From NCBI GenBank assembly GCA_963770935.1, contig CAVYRJ010000008.1, positions 224,001 to 288,000 on the forward strand: DNA of 64,000 bases. The letters run 5' to 3'. This document shows, piece by piece, positions 1-10,726 of this stretch (its first letter is position 1; every line of letters starts with the position of its first letter). Both the position numbers and the translations under genes were made by a program. The DNA comes from Candidatus Bathyarchaeota archaeon. Lineage in GTDB: Archaea; Thermoproteota; Bathyarchaeia; Bathyarchaeales; Bathycorpusculaceae. The notes beneath the pieces were generated by a model. It did not search any database and was not told the origin of the DNA. It saw only the letters and a list, made by a program, of their open reading frames with translations.

Positions 1-1
1 G

Positions 2-109
2 CGATTGCTAGATGAAAACGGTGACTATCCAGATTGTGTTCGGAAGTCTTGGAAGCCTGCGCGAAAAGCTAAAAGTGAACATGGAACACTGCAGAAAAAG
101 CTGGCTTAA
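2..109 (+). CDS. 3' end of an upstream CDS (partial, unknown product)
   Basis: Open frame from the window edge, RLLDENGDYPDCVRKSWKPARKAKSEHGTLQKKLA*, followed by T-rich sequence. Confidence 0.4.
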   Translation, partial: RLLDENGDYPDCVRKSWKPARKAKSEHGTLQKKLA

Positions 110-210
110 AATTTGATTATTGTGTTTTGTAGTGTCTAAAAAGATACAATTTATAAACATGAACAACATACTTCACTATTAATAAACGGGTTTTAGACGG
201 CGGTAACTCG

Positions 211-1902
211 ATGAGCGAAAAAGACGTAACTAAGTTCCTCCAGATTTTAGGTTTATCTAAAAGAGAAATTCAAGTCTACATGTTTCTGGCCAAAAGCGGT
301 GTCCAATCAACCAGTTTCGTAGCAAAAAGGCTCAAGATGGAACGTGTCCAAGCTTACCGTACCTTCAAGAAGCTGCAAGAAAAAGGGTTCATCGAAGCCA
401 CTTTGGAGCGACCGACTAGGTTCACAATTGTTCCTTTTGAAACTTTAGTTGACAATTTTATTAATACTAAAAAGAATGAGGTCGTCAACCTCAATGATCA
501 GAAACAGGATCTCTTAACCGCTTGGCTATCGATTAGTGCTCCAGAATCAGAATACCCCGTCGCTAAATTCTCAATCATCACAGGCAAGAAAAAGATTCAC
601 TCAAAAATGCTCAACATGATTGAGGAGTCAAAAAAGGAAGTGATCGTTTTAACTACTGCGTTGGGTTTAATTCAGGAAGACATTGCAGGAATCTTCGACG
701 CGGCATTTGTCCCATCGGAAGAGCATAATGTGCAAACCCAAATAATTACTGAAATTGCCCCAGAGAACCTCAAAGTAGTAGAAAGAATAGAGCGAAATAT
801 TGTTGAAGATAAACTCAACATAAAACTTCGCCATGTGAACATGAGCTCCAAGTTTTTCCCACGCTTTTTAATTAAAGATGAAGAAGAGGCCATCCTTTAC
901 GCGCCCTTCGGCAACGAAGCCTCGGTTCTAAACTTGGAGGATGAAGGTTTATGGATAAACGATAAAATGTTCATTTCTGTTTTGAAGGCATTTTTTGTGC
1001 AGATGTGGCACAGCGGAGTTGATGCTTCAAGACGTATCGACGAGTTAAAGAGCGGTATACCTATCGGCGAAACCCTTGTCATTAAAAGCGTTGAAGAAGC
1101 ATGGAATAAAGTAACCAAAATTCTTGATTCAGCCAAAAAAGATATCGTAATAATCACGTCGTCGCAGAGCATCAACCGACTTGCCGAAGACGACCCTATA
1201 GTAAAATATTTTAAAAAAGGCTTAAACACCCGAATAATGGCATCCATTGATTTGGATAATTTGGAACCAGCCCAAAAACTTGCAAAAGAATACGAAGTTA
1301 AACATGTACCCATCAGCTATCTAACAATGATGTTAGTTGATGACAAGCACCTGTTCATGTTCAAAATGCCTCCGCTTAGCGATTTTGGTACAGAATCAGC
1401 TTTCTACTTAGCAGACACTTTCTATTCCAGCGACCCCAGCCAAATTGAAAGAGTAAGCGAAATGCTAAGTGACATCTGGAAACGCGGCATCGACATAACA
1501 GAAATTAGCAGTCAAGCAGGAACAAAGCTTCCAACCGTGGAGATTGCGACAACTGAGACAGTTGCTGAGACTGTTAGTAAAATGCTGGAGAACAATGTTA
1601 CTTCTGTGTTAATCACAGAGCGCCACAAACCCATCGGTGTTATCAACGACCGAGAACTACTTCGAGAAATTGTTGATGCACGAAGGAATCCAATTAAGAC
1701 ACTTGCAAAAGACATCAACTACACGCCCCTTATCATTCTGAAGGGGGACGAATCGATCATTACCGCCATGAAAATTATAGGTGAAAAAGGTTTCAAGCGC
1801 GCAGCCATGGTTAAAAATGGACATTTAATCGGCATGTTAACAGAAGAGGCAGCTAAAAAGGCAGCCTTACAAATGAAGCCTACTGTTTCAAAAGTTACTT
1901 AG
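211..1902 (+). CDS. TrmB-family transcriptional regulator with two PLD-like effector domains and a C-terminal CBS pair
   Basis: N-terminal TrmB HTH (LGLSKREIQVY...VQAYRTFKKLQEKGFIE...RPTRF); two repeats of the 'AKKEVIVLT...FLIKDEEEA' type; CBS-like C-terminus (VAETVSKMLENNVTSVLI...IGVINDRELL). Confidence 0.8.
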   Translation: MSEKDVTKFLQILGLSKREIQVYMFLAKSGVQSTSFVAKRLKMERVQAYRTFKKLQEKGFIEATLERPTRFTIVPFETLVDNFINTKKNEVVNLNDQKQDLLTAWLSISAPESEYPVAKFSIITGKKKIHSKMLNMIEESKKEVIVLTTALGLIQEDIAGIFDAAFVPSEEHNVQTQIITEIAPENLKVVERIERNIVEDKLNIKLRHVNMSSKFFPRFLIKDEEEAILYAPFGNEASVLNLEDEGLWINDKMFISVLKAFFVQMWHSGVDASRRIDELKSGIPIGETLVIKSVEEAWNKVTKILDSAKKDIVIITSSQSINRLAEDDPIVKYFKKGLNTRIMASIDLDNLEPAQKLAKEYEVKHVPISYLTMMLVDDKHLFMFKMPPLSDFGTESAFYLADTFYSSDPSQIERVSEMLSDIWKRGIDITEISSQAGTKLPTVEIATTETVAETVSKMLENNVTSVLITERHKPIGVINDRELLREIVDARRNPIKTLAKDINYTPLIILKGDESIITAMKIIGEKGFKRAAMVKNGHLIGMLTEEAAKKAALQMKPTVSKVT

Positions 1903-1980
1903 CCCCACTTGCTTTTTCTTTTTTGGAAGGCAAACAATTATTAACAAAAATAGTTCTAGCCTTACGGCGAGGCACAGTAA

Positions 1981-2661
<681 letters not shown>

Positions 2662-2674
2662 CACGTGAAGACCC

Positions 2675-3556
2675 TTGAAGGTTGAACCTGAATGTGAATC
2701 ATGCTTGCTCTCTAGGGCACAAATACAAACCTACCAAGCCACAACAAACCTCGCCCTACGTTTCCGATGCTTAGCTGAAATCGTGAAGCTACTAAATAGG
2801 GAATTCAAACCTACATCGGTGGCGGCTGACATCGGCACCAAACGAGACCGCATAATCAGGCAACTAACAAGCAACAACGACCCCTACAAGTACAACAAAA
2901 AACTCGCCAACGAAAAAGCCCTCAAAATGCGTCCCCACGCAAAAAAATATGTGGAATCAGGAATCAACCAGAAGGAGCGATTCAAGAAAGCGTGTCTTTG
3001 CGCAATTGTTGGGAACATTATGGAGTTTGATATTCCCGGGCACAAGTTCACCTTGAAGAATTTGGCAGGGGTTCTTCGGGAAGCGGCAAAAGACCTTGTA
3101 ATCGACGACATTGACAAGGCCTATGAGTTGGCAAAGAAAGCTGAGAGTGTTTTGTTTTTGGCGGATAATGCAGGCGAAATCGTATTCGATTCTCTGTTGG
3201 TGGAGCAGCTAAAGAACATGGGATTAAAAGTCACCTATGTTGTTAAAGGTGGGCCCGTAATCAACGACGCCACGATGGAGGATGTGGAAATCTCTAACAT
3301 CGACAAACTTGCTGACGAAGTAATAACCACTGGCTGCGATGCAGTTGGTTTACAGAAAAAGGAAGCCTCCGCCGAGTTCTTAAAAGTCTACGACGCCGCC
3401 GAACTGGTTTTCGCTAAAGGCATGGGCTACGCTGAAACCCTAACTGAATACAAACTAACTAAGCCTCATTTGCTTATGTTCCGCACAAAATGTGTGCCTG
3501 TCGCAAACTATTTCTGTGTTCCACGCGATAAGAACATAGCAAAGTTGATGCTGTAA
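2675..3556 (+). CDS. DUF89/ARMT1-like damage-control metabolite phosphatase
   Basis: N-terminal ECESC; DPY; AIVGNIMEF; LADNAGEIVFD; GGPVINDAT; AKGMGYAETL; KCVPVA. Confidence 0.88.
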   Translation: MKVEPECESCLLSRAQIQTYQATTNLALRFRCLAEIVKLLNREFKPTSVAADIGTKRDRIIRQLTSNNDPYKYNKKLANEKALKMRPHAKKYVESGINQKERFKKACLCAIVGNIMEFDIPGHKFTLKNLAGVLREAAKDLVIDDIDKAYELAKKAESVLFLADNAGEIVFDSLLVEQLKNMGLKVTYVVKGGPVINDATMEDVEISNIDKLADEVITTGCDAVGLQKKEASAEFLKVYDAAELVFAKGMGYAETLTEYKLTKPHLLMFRTKCVPVANYFCVPRDKNIAKLML

Positions 3557-3557
3557 A

Positions 3558-5616
3558 ATGGATTTGCCCATCATTACTTTTTCTAAAGAGGCACTTTCAC
3601 GTTTTGGTGAGGTTATAGAGAAAGAGTGGCTGATAGCTAACGGTTTGGGAAGTTACGCTTCCTCGTCTGTGGCTGGAATTAATACCCGAAAGTATCATGG
3701 GTTGTTTGTTGCTGCGTTGGATCCACCTGGAAACCGCACTGTTTGCCTTTCAAAACTCGACGAGGACCTCTATATTGGCAATGAGGTTTATAGATTGGGC
3801 TCCAACGAGTTCCATGACGTGATTTATCCTGAAGGCTACAAATTGCTGGGGCAGTTTAAAATTGATCCGTTCCCCACATACAGCTATGACTTGGGAAACG
3901 TTCAGGTTGCCAAAACGGTTTTTATGCCCAAAAACAAGAACGCCGTCGCCATAACTTACAAACTGACAAACAAGAATAATTCATACGTTAAAGTTAGGCT
4001 TTATCCGCTTTTAACCTGTAGATACTACCATAACGTGGTTTACCAATCGAGAATCCCATTGAATTTCACCTTAAAAAGCGGGAGCAAGCAATTTCAAGCA
4101 ACTTTTCAGCGTCCCCAAGCCACAATCGTTTGCCGCATAACCGAAGGAAACTTCAAAGAGGACGTAAACTGGGTAAACCATATACACTACCGCGACGAGC
4201 GATTGCGAGGGGAAGCTGACGTTGACGATTGTTTTCAACCGGGATATTTCGAGGCACAGGTTCCTGCTGAGGGAGAAAAAGAGTTTGCGGTGACATGCGC
4301 TGTGAGCCATGAAACCCAAGAAGCACAGGAAACTTCCGATGCAGTGGGAGACGACATTAAAAGCATTAAAAACGCAGTTAACCAAGAGCTAAATCAAAAA
4401 TCTGAGATGCTAGTTAGTTTTCACCATGAACATCCAGAAGTGCCAATGAGTGATTGGCTAAACTGGATTCTGCTTGCCGCCGACTCTTTCATGGTGAAAA
4501 ACGCCGCTGGCACAAAAGCAGTCATCGCAGGTTACCATTGGTTTGAGCCATGGGGCAGAGACACCTTCATTTCGCTACCGGGGCTAACGTTGGTGACAGG
4601 CAGGTACAACGACGCCAAAGACATCCTGCAAAACTTCATCCTGCATTCCAAGAGCGGGTTGATTCCCAACTTTATATCCGACAAATCAGGCATTCCCGTC
4701 TACGACACCGTCGACGGCACATTGTGGTACATTAACGCTGTTTTGCAATACGTCAAGTACACTGGCGACTGGGGTTTTGTCCAAGATGAGTTGTGGGAGA
4801 AGTTGCAGGATATTGTTGAGAACCACCAAAGGGGCACTTTATTTGGCATCCGCGTGGATGATGACGGCTTGCTTATGCATGGTCCAAGACTCACATGGAT
4901 GGATGCCTCGGTGGGGAATGACGTGATTACGCCCCGAACAGGAAAAGCAGTGGAAATTCAAGCATTATGGTACAATGCCCTGCGAATCATGGAGTTACTT
5001 GCAAACAGATTCGAGGCACCCGAACTTATCTGAAAAATACGGTGCCATGGCAAACCAAACCAGCCGAAGCTTCACAAAATTCTGGAACCCCAAAGAAAAC
5101 TGCCTCTTCGACGTCGTTAACGAAAAAACCCTGGACGCTTCTATTCGCCCCAACCAAATATTTGCAGTTTCCCTCGACTACACCATGCTTGACAGAGTAA
5201 AAAGCCAAAAAATCGTCGAATCCGTGAATCGTGAACTTGTGACACCTTATGGATTGAGAACGCTGTCGCTTGGTGACCCCAAGTTTGTCGGCAAATGTTC
5301 AGGTGACAGCAGAAGCAGGGATTTGGCTTACCACAATGGAACGATTTGGCCTTGGCTACTGGGACCTTATGTAACTGCGTACCTAAAAGTCCACGAATAC
5401 ACCGCCAAAGCACGTCAGCAAATGCTCGAAAACCTCGTTCTACCTTTGTTCACCGTTGGAATCCACCAAGACGGCTTAGGAACAATAAACGAAATCTACG
5501 ACTGCGACCCACCAAACGAACCCAGAGGCTGCATCTCACAAGCATGGAGCATCGCGGAGCCACTACGAGCTTATATCGAGGACATTCTGCAGGTTAAACC
5601 AAAAACGCAGAAGTAA
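3558..5616 (+). CDS. Amylo-alpha-1,6-glucosidase (glycogen debranching enzyme); frameshift near 5025
   Basis: ORF 3558-5033 has EWLIANGLGSYAS, TRKYHG, IAGYHWFEPWGRDTFI, LTWMD, GKAVEIQALWYNAL; the overlapping ORF to 5616 has IRPNQ, YHNGTIWPWLLG, GCISQAWS. Confidence 0.9.
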
Positions 5617-5627
5617 TTTTAATAAAA

Positions 5628-6668
5628 TTAGAGTTTTATTGCTTTTCGCAGGCTTTCGGCAGCGGTTTCAGGCGTAACCGTGTTGATGTATGTTCCTGTG
5701 CTTTTTTCGAAGCCAGCCCAAATTGCCAGTTTTGGGTAAACTTCCAGGTGCCAATGGTAGCTGTCTTTGGCCTCTGGGTTAATGGCTAGGTGGATGCCGT
5801 AGTTGTAGGGTGGGTCGTTGACGAGGTCTTTTAGGGCTTTGAGGCTTACCTTTAAGGTTTTTGTAAAAGCGCTGATCTCCGGCTTGGTGAGTTTTAAGAT
5901 GTTTGGGGCATGCCTTTTAGGAATTATCCAGAACTCCAGCGGATTAATGCTCGCATAAGGAGCCAAAACCACAAAACCCTCATCTTCAAAAACAAGCCTT
6001 GGACCCTTCGTTTCCCGCTCGATTATGTCGCAGAAAACACATTTTCCATGCTGATCATAGAATGCTTTGCTGGCTTTCTGTTCCTCAAGGATAGTTGAAG
6101 GAACCATTGGTGTTGCAATGATTTGGCTGTGCGCATGGGAAAGTGACGCGCCCGCTTCCAAGCCATAATTGCGGAAAATCGAAACGTACTCGACATACGG
6201 TTTAGCGCTTAGTTCTTTTAACCTGTCGATGTAAGCGTTTATAACCAGTTCAAGCTGGGGTAGATCCGCGTCGGCTGGGTCTTCATCATGGTTAGGCGAT
6301 TCGACAATGACCTCATGCTGTCCAATTGCATCCCACAGACTCCCGTTTTTGACGATTTGAGCAGCATCTTCGACATTTTTGGGTGGACTAAAAGCAGGAA
6401 AAATGTTTGGTATGACACGAACAAGCCAGTTTTTCGCGCGCTCACCAGACAGTGGGTCCTGGCACCTCTTTATTTCACCGTTCTCGTTAAGGTACAACAT
6501 TACGGCGGGCGGCGTCATGTTTTCTTTGCCAACGCATAGAGGACAGACTGCATTATTGGCAGTTTGCGGTTTGGGTTTGGTTAAGTCGGTGGGTCTGCGG
6601 CTTCGTTCTGTCGCGATTACGACCCAGCGGTTAAGCAGGTAATCTTTTCTAAGTTCGTTGTAGGGCAT
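5628..6668 (-). CDS. galT: Galactose-1-phosphate uridylyltransferase (HIT family)
   Basis: ELRKD, RSRRP, CPLC, HEVIVESPNH, FRNYG..AGASLSHAHSQ, CVFC, YHWHLE, AGFE. Confidence 0.92.
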   Translation of the reverse strand: MPYNELRKDYLLNRWVVIATERSRRPTDLTKPKPQTANNAVCPLCVGKENMTPPAVMLYLNENGEIKRCQDPLSGERAKNWLVRVIPNIFPAFSPPKNVEDAAQIVKNGSLWDAIGQHEVIVESPNHDEDPADADLPQLELVINAYIDRLKELSAKPYVEYVSIFRNYGLEAGASLSHAHSQIIATPMVPSTILEEQKASKAFYDQHGKCVFCDIIERETKGPRLVFEDEGFVVLAPYASINPLEFWIIPKRHAPNILKLTKPEISAFTKTLKVSLKALKDLVNDPPYNYGIHLAINPEAKDSYHWHLEVYPKLAIWAGFEKSTGTYINTVTPETAAESLRKAIKL

Positions 6669-6821
6669 TTGGAGCACTTGAAAACAGAAAGAGCGCTGCA
6701 ACATTTTAGTATTTCTAAGAAGTGCTGGAGTCCAAAATTGTGGAAGCTTAAGGTGAATGGTTGGAAGGTTTTATATCCCTTACATACAATATGGAGAAGC
6801 TGGTTTTAGATCGCTGAGAAC

Positions 6822-8433
6822 ATGATAAACCCATCGAGTTCACTGCATTTGGAAATGTTAAGGGCAGCTTTAACTAAGTGGCGAGTAGCCTTTCTGGTTT
6901 TTGCCTTAGCATACCTTGCCATCTTATTGGTGAGCTTGATGAATTTGCCGATGCAGTGGGATGAGGTCAACCACCTCAACGGCGCCTTATACTTGAACTC
7001 GGGACTCTTTAGCAAGTTCATATCATAATGCTTTTTACCCCCCTCTCTTCGACACCCTAACCGCTCTATCCTTCAAAGCTTTTGGCATAAGCCTACTCTC
7101 CGCCAGATTGGTGCCAGCCTTGTTCTCCATTCTTTCACTCTGGGCGGTGTTTGAACTTGCTCACAGCATGTATGGCGGAAAAACCGCTCTGCTCTCCACA
7201 ATTTTGCTGGGGATAATGCCGGGTTTCTTTTGGCTTAGCCGCATGTCATTGCTGGAAACGATGCTTCTCTTCTTTGTCACGGTGGCGCTCCTCTTCTTTT
7301 TCCGTTGGCTCCAAAACAAGCAAGATAAGTATTTAGTTTTGGCTGGTTTAGCGGTAGGTTTAGGATTCTTAACTAAATATCAAGCTATTGTGGCTGGCGT
7401 AATAATGATTACTAGCATTTTGTTTTTGGCTCGAGGCCAGCTTATTCGGGCATTTTCAAGGTTTTCGCTTCTAATTGCTACGGCTGTTTTGGTGGTTGTT
7501 CCCTGGATTGTTGTTGCCTATCAGGTGTATGCATCGAAAATATTTAGCCAATGGCTTTACGCCCTGCAAGTTGGTAACCCCGAAAAATCAGTATATAGCG
7601 ACCGATTCCCCTCACCCATATTCTATTTAATAGAGGTAGTTTGGCCTTACAACAATTTCCACCCCATATCCATATTCCTCTACGTCTTAGGGTTGGTGGG
7701 CTTAGGCGCTATGGTTTGGCGGCATAACAAAAGCGACAAGTTCGCCGTCATATGGTTTGCAGCCATCCTTATCTTTTTCTCTCTTATAGATAATAAGGAG
7801 TGGCGCTATGTACTGCCGTTGTTTCCAACATTGGCAATTTCAGCCTCAGTCTTGATTCTGTTTCTCTATGGCAAGATTGATGCGGCATGGAAGAAGAGAG
7901 TCAACCTTGACAAGAAGAAATCTGCAAAGTTCGCCGCTGGCTTATTCATTGTCTTAGTTGCAGGAGCGATGGCATATAGTATATACGACGCTTACTCCAT
8001 AGCCTCAACATTCAATATCCAAATTGAACTTGAACCAGCAACAGTCTATGCCATGAGCAGCATGCAGAACAATGAGTCGATTATGGTTCTTGCACCCTTC
8101 AACTTTTTCAGCCAAGACATGATAAAATTCTACCTATGGAAAAACGGCAACAATCAAATCCAGACCTACCAGTATCCAGTGCTGCCTACGGACACATACA
8201 TGCCCATTTTCAACATTACAGAATTAATCAGAGAATGCAAACAATACCACGTAAAGTACGTCTTCACCTACGAACAGGGAGGAATTGTCCCATACTATAA
8301 CACAACATTGAACCCGCAACAAATCTACGAGCAACTTTACGCTTCAGGAAACTTTAGCAAAATATCAGACGAAGCCACATTTGGTGCAAATCCTAGAAGA
8401 ATCTTCATTTTAACCTTCATCGGTAAGATTTAA
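6822..8433 (+). CDS. GT-C/PMT-family (ArnT-like) membrane glycosyltransferase; frameshift near 7025
   Basis: N-terminal part has the acidic WDE motif and continues as FYPPLF..AR; multi-TM; GLGFLTKY; KEWRYVLP. Confidence 0.82.
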
Positions 8434-8656
8434 ACCTGTAAAAAAAATCTACATAACCCTGAGAGTTGTAGACTTAATTGCGCTCTTTTTTGTCTCAGGA
8501 AATCAGCATTATCTACATGTTTCAAAGTATGAGGCGTAATAAGTCTTTCCAACAAGACCTTCACCTTGTTAACCCCTATGTTTCGCATAGAAGCACTTTG
8601 TTGTAGGCAAAGCACAGTCACAACTTCTAAAAAAGTTGTTTAACGCCTCAATATGA

Positions 8657-9253
8657 TTGAAGGTTAAAAACGTGAAAATCGCTATAATCGGAAAAGGCAA
8701 CGTTGGCACCGCACTCTGCAACGGCTTAAGCAAAGCTGGACACGAAACAAAATTTGGTCACCGCGACCCAGCAGAACCAGTTGCTGAAGCCGCAAAATGG
8801 GGAGAAGTAATTATCCTCGCAGTGCCACACGATAACGCCAACGACGCCAGAGAAGCAATAAAACCGTACGCTGATGGAAAAACAGTAATTGATGTAATGA
8901 ACGCCATAGGCGAAAACATGGAGTTGGGAATTAGTTGCACAACTTCATCTGCGGAGGAAACTCAGAAGAAACTGCCCAAAGCTAAAGTTGTAAAAGCATT
9001 TAACACCGTGTTTGCACAAAACCAAAGCACAGCAAAAGTTGGCGGCGAACAGTTAACTGCTTTCATAGCGGGAGATGATTTGAAAGCTAAACAAACGGTA
9101 GCACAGTTAACCCGGGATATCGGTTTTGACCCAGTTGACTGTGGACCACTAAAGGCTGCTCGCAATCTTGAAGCTATGGCAATTTTGATAATCAACTTGG
9201 CATACACTTATGGGATGGGCAACAAGATAGGCTACAAACTGGTAAAAGCCTAA
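8657..9253 (+). CDS. NADPH-dependent F420 reductase family oxidoreductase (FNO-like)
   Basis: IAIIGKGNVG Rossmann motif, VIILAVP, VIDVMN, VVKAFNTV, GFDPVDCGPL. Confidence 0.85.
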   Translation: MKVKNVKIAIIGKGNVGTALCNGLSKAGHETKFGHRDPAEPVAEAAKWGEVIILAVPHDNANDAREAIKPYADGKTVIDVMNAIGENMELGISCTTSSAEETQKKLPKAKVVKAFNTVFAQNQSTAKVGGEQLTAFIAGDDLKAKQTVAQLTRDIGFDPVDCGPLKAARNLEAMAILIINLAYTYGMGNKIGYKLVKA

Positions 9254-9300
9254 TTCATTTAAAAAATCAACCAAAAAATCGCTTTCTAATAAGTAATTGT

Positions 9301-9337
9301 TGCTGCAACCTCTTCATTACCCGCAGTTGCAACAATC
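9301..9337 (+). repeat. Degenerate repeat, copy 1 (inverted relative to 13729-13766); partly self-complementary
   Basis: TGCTGCAACCTCTTCATTACCCGCAGTTGCAACAATC; 31 of 38 aligned positions match the reverse complement of 13729-13766 (manual alignment). Confidence 0.55.
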
Positions 9338-9505
9338 ACGAACAACCACCTAAAGCCCAAAAAACCAACACAAAATTTTTCCCCACTTTTAAACACACGA
9401 GTTTTGAACTCTTCACAACAAAAGAAAAACTTGGTTTTGCAAACAATCTTACGTTTTGTAGACCCATAAAGTTTGCGAGTTATTGGAAAAATTGGTTAGT
9501 CGTGA

Positions 9506-10454
9506 CTATCGCCGTTTTTTAAATGCAAAAAGAAACAGCACTCCAACTATAGCGATCGCTGTAATTATGCCTGCTTCTGCAAGCAAGAAGTAAAAGTTAG
9601 CCACAGATTTAGTCGGCAGCGTTGACGGCGAAGTAGCTCGGAGTTTCTACCGGACTTTCTTGTTGCGGCGGTTCAGTATTGTCTTTTTTAGAGGGTTGTG
9701 GAGCAACATTAGGTGTTTCCTTTGGTTTCTCCGCAAGTGTTCCATGTGATACAGTCGAATCTTCTGGGGGAGCTGCAGTTCCTAAGCTTACGGTAACTCT
9801 ATAAGGGGTAGAAATTAAGCCTGCATTATCTCTAAATTGAACATAAACGGTTTTGTACCCATTCCCTTCTGTAAATGTCCAAAGCTTAGAAGTGGAGTAG
9901 TCTTCCCAATTACCCCAGGTAAAGTCAAAGAAGCGCATTTGAGCCACGCCAGAAGTAGCATCCTGAGCTGAGAGAGTCAATATTACCGAGGCATCAATTG
10001 TTGAGGTTGCGCCTCCATTAACCGTTATTGCACCTGTTGGAGCAGTAGTGTCAACTGCAAATAATGTAGTGGGGGAAGAGACGATGTTGCCGTAAGTATC
10101 GTTTGTATAGACAACTAAATTATGTCTTCCGTCGGGCAAAGTGGGTAGAGTTGTATTACCCGTGATGGTTGCGTTTGTTTGTCCGTTTAGGCTATAGCCG
10201 ATCCAGCTGGCAGATCCATCAATAATGAAAGTTAAAGGAATAGTATTATTTGCTGTATATGTCTTGTTTTGAGGAGACAGAATTATGTTGGACGACAATT
10301 GAGTCTCAAATTGAAACGTTAGCAGATACGGGTCCATATTTTTTGAATTTTCGCTTTCTATTGTGTCCGCCTTAACTGAATGAATAATAAATGTCGATGA
10401 AAACATGCTTGTTAACAACAATAATATGAATATTCCACAAGCTAATGTTTTCAT
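9506..10454 (-). CDS. Secreted, C-terminally anchored surface protein with Ig-like domains; frameshift near 9620
   Basis: Signal peptide; Bathyarchaeia-type 'ILSPQNKTY..SWIGYSLNGQ..TITGN..LPDGRHNLVVY' domain; the shifted frame supplies the TM anchor FYFLLAEAGIITAIAIVGVLFLFAFKKRR*. Confidence 0.75.
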
Positions 10455-10726
10455 CTATATTTTCACTTACTCCTAGGAACCTGCAACATTTGGCTTGAGC
10501 AAAGACTAAGATTCTGCAGGGTTAAAAAGGAATCAACGGATAGAACGCCGCGAAATGTATTAGGCATTTCTTTTCATACCTTGAACTCTTGTATTTGAGT
10601 AGCACTAATAAGATTTGTGCATTATCGGGTGAACAAATTTTTTTCTGCAGCTTGTGGGGCTTAAATTGAAACTAAAAAATGGAAAAAAGGGAAATTTGTT
10701 TTTTCCTTTTGATTGAATTGACCGTC

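Noticed and set aside
8430-8621. Minus-strand 63-aa ORF containing ITPHTLKH, resembling the tyrosine recombinase HxxR box
   Set aside because: The catalytic Arg is absent, the downstream LLGH/Tyr motifs are missing and there is no N-terminal part. One short motif is not enough.
9296-9337. GTTGCAAC-containing motif as a CRISPR repeat or ORB box
   Set aside because: There is no regularly spaced array and no cas or cdc6 gene, and it does not match the GTTCCAGTGGAAAC-type ORB.
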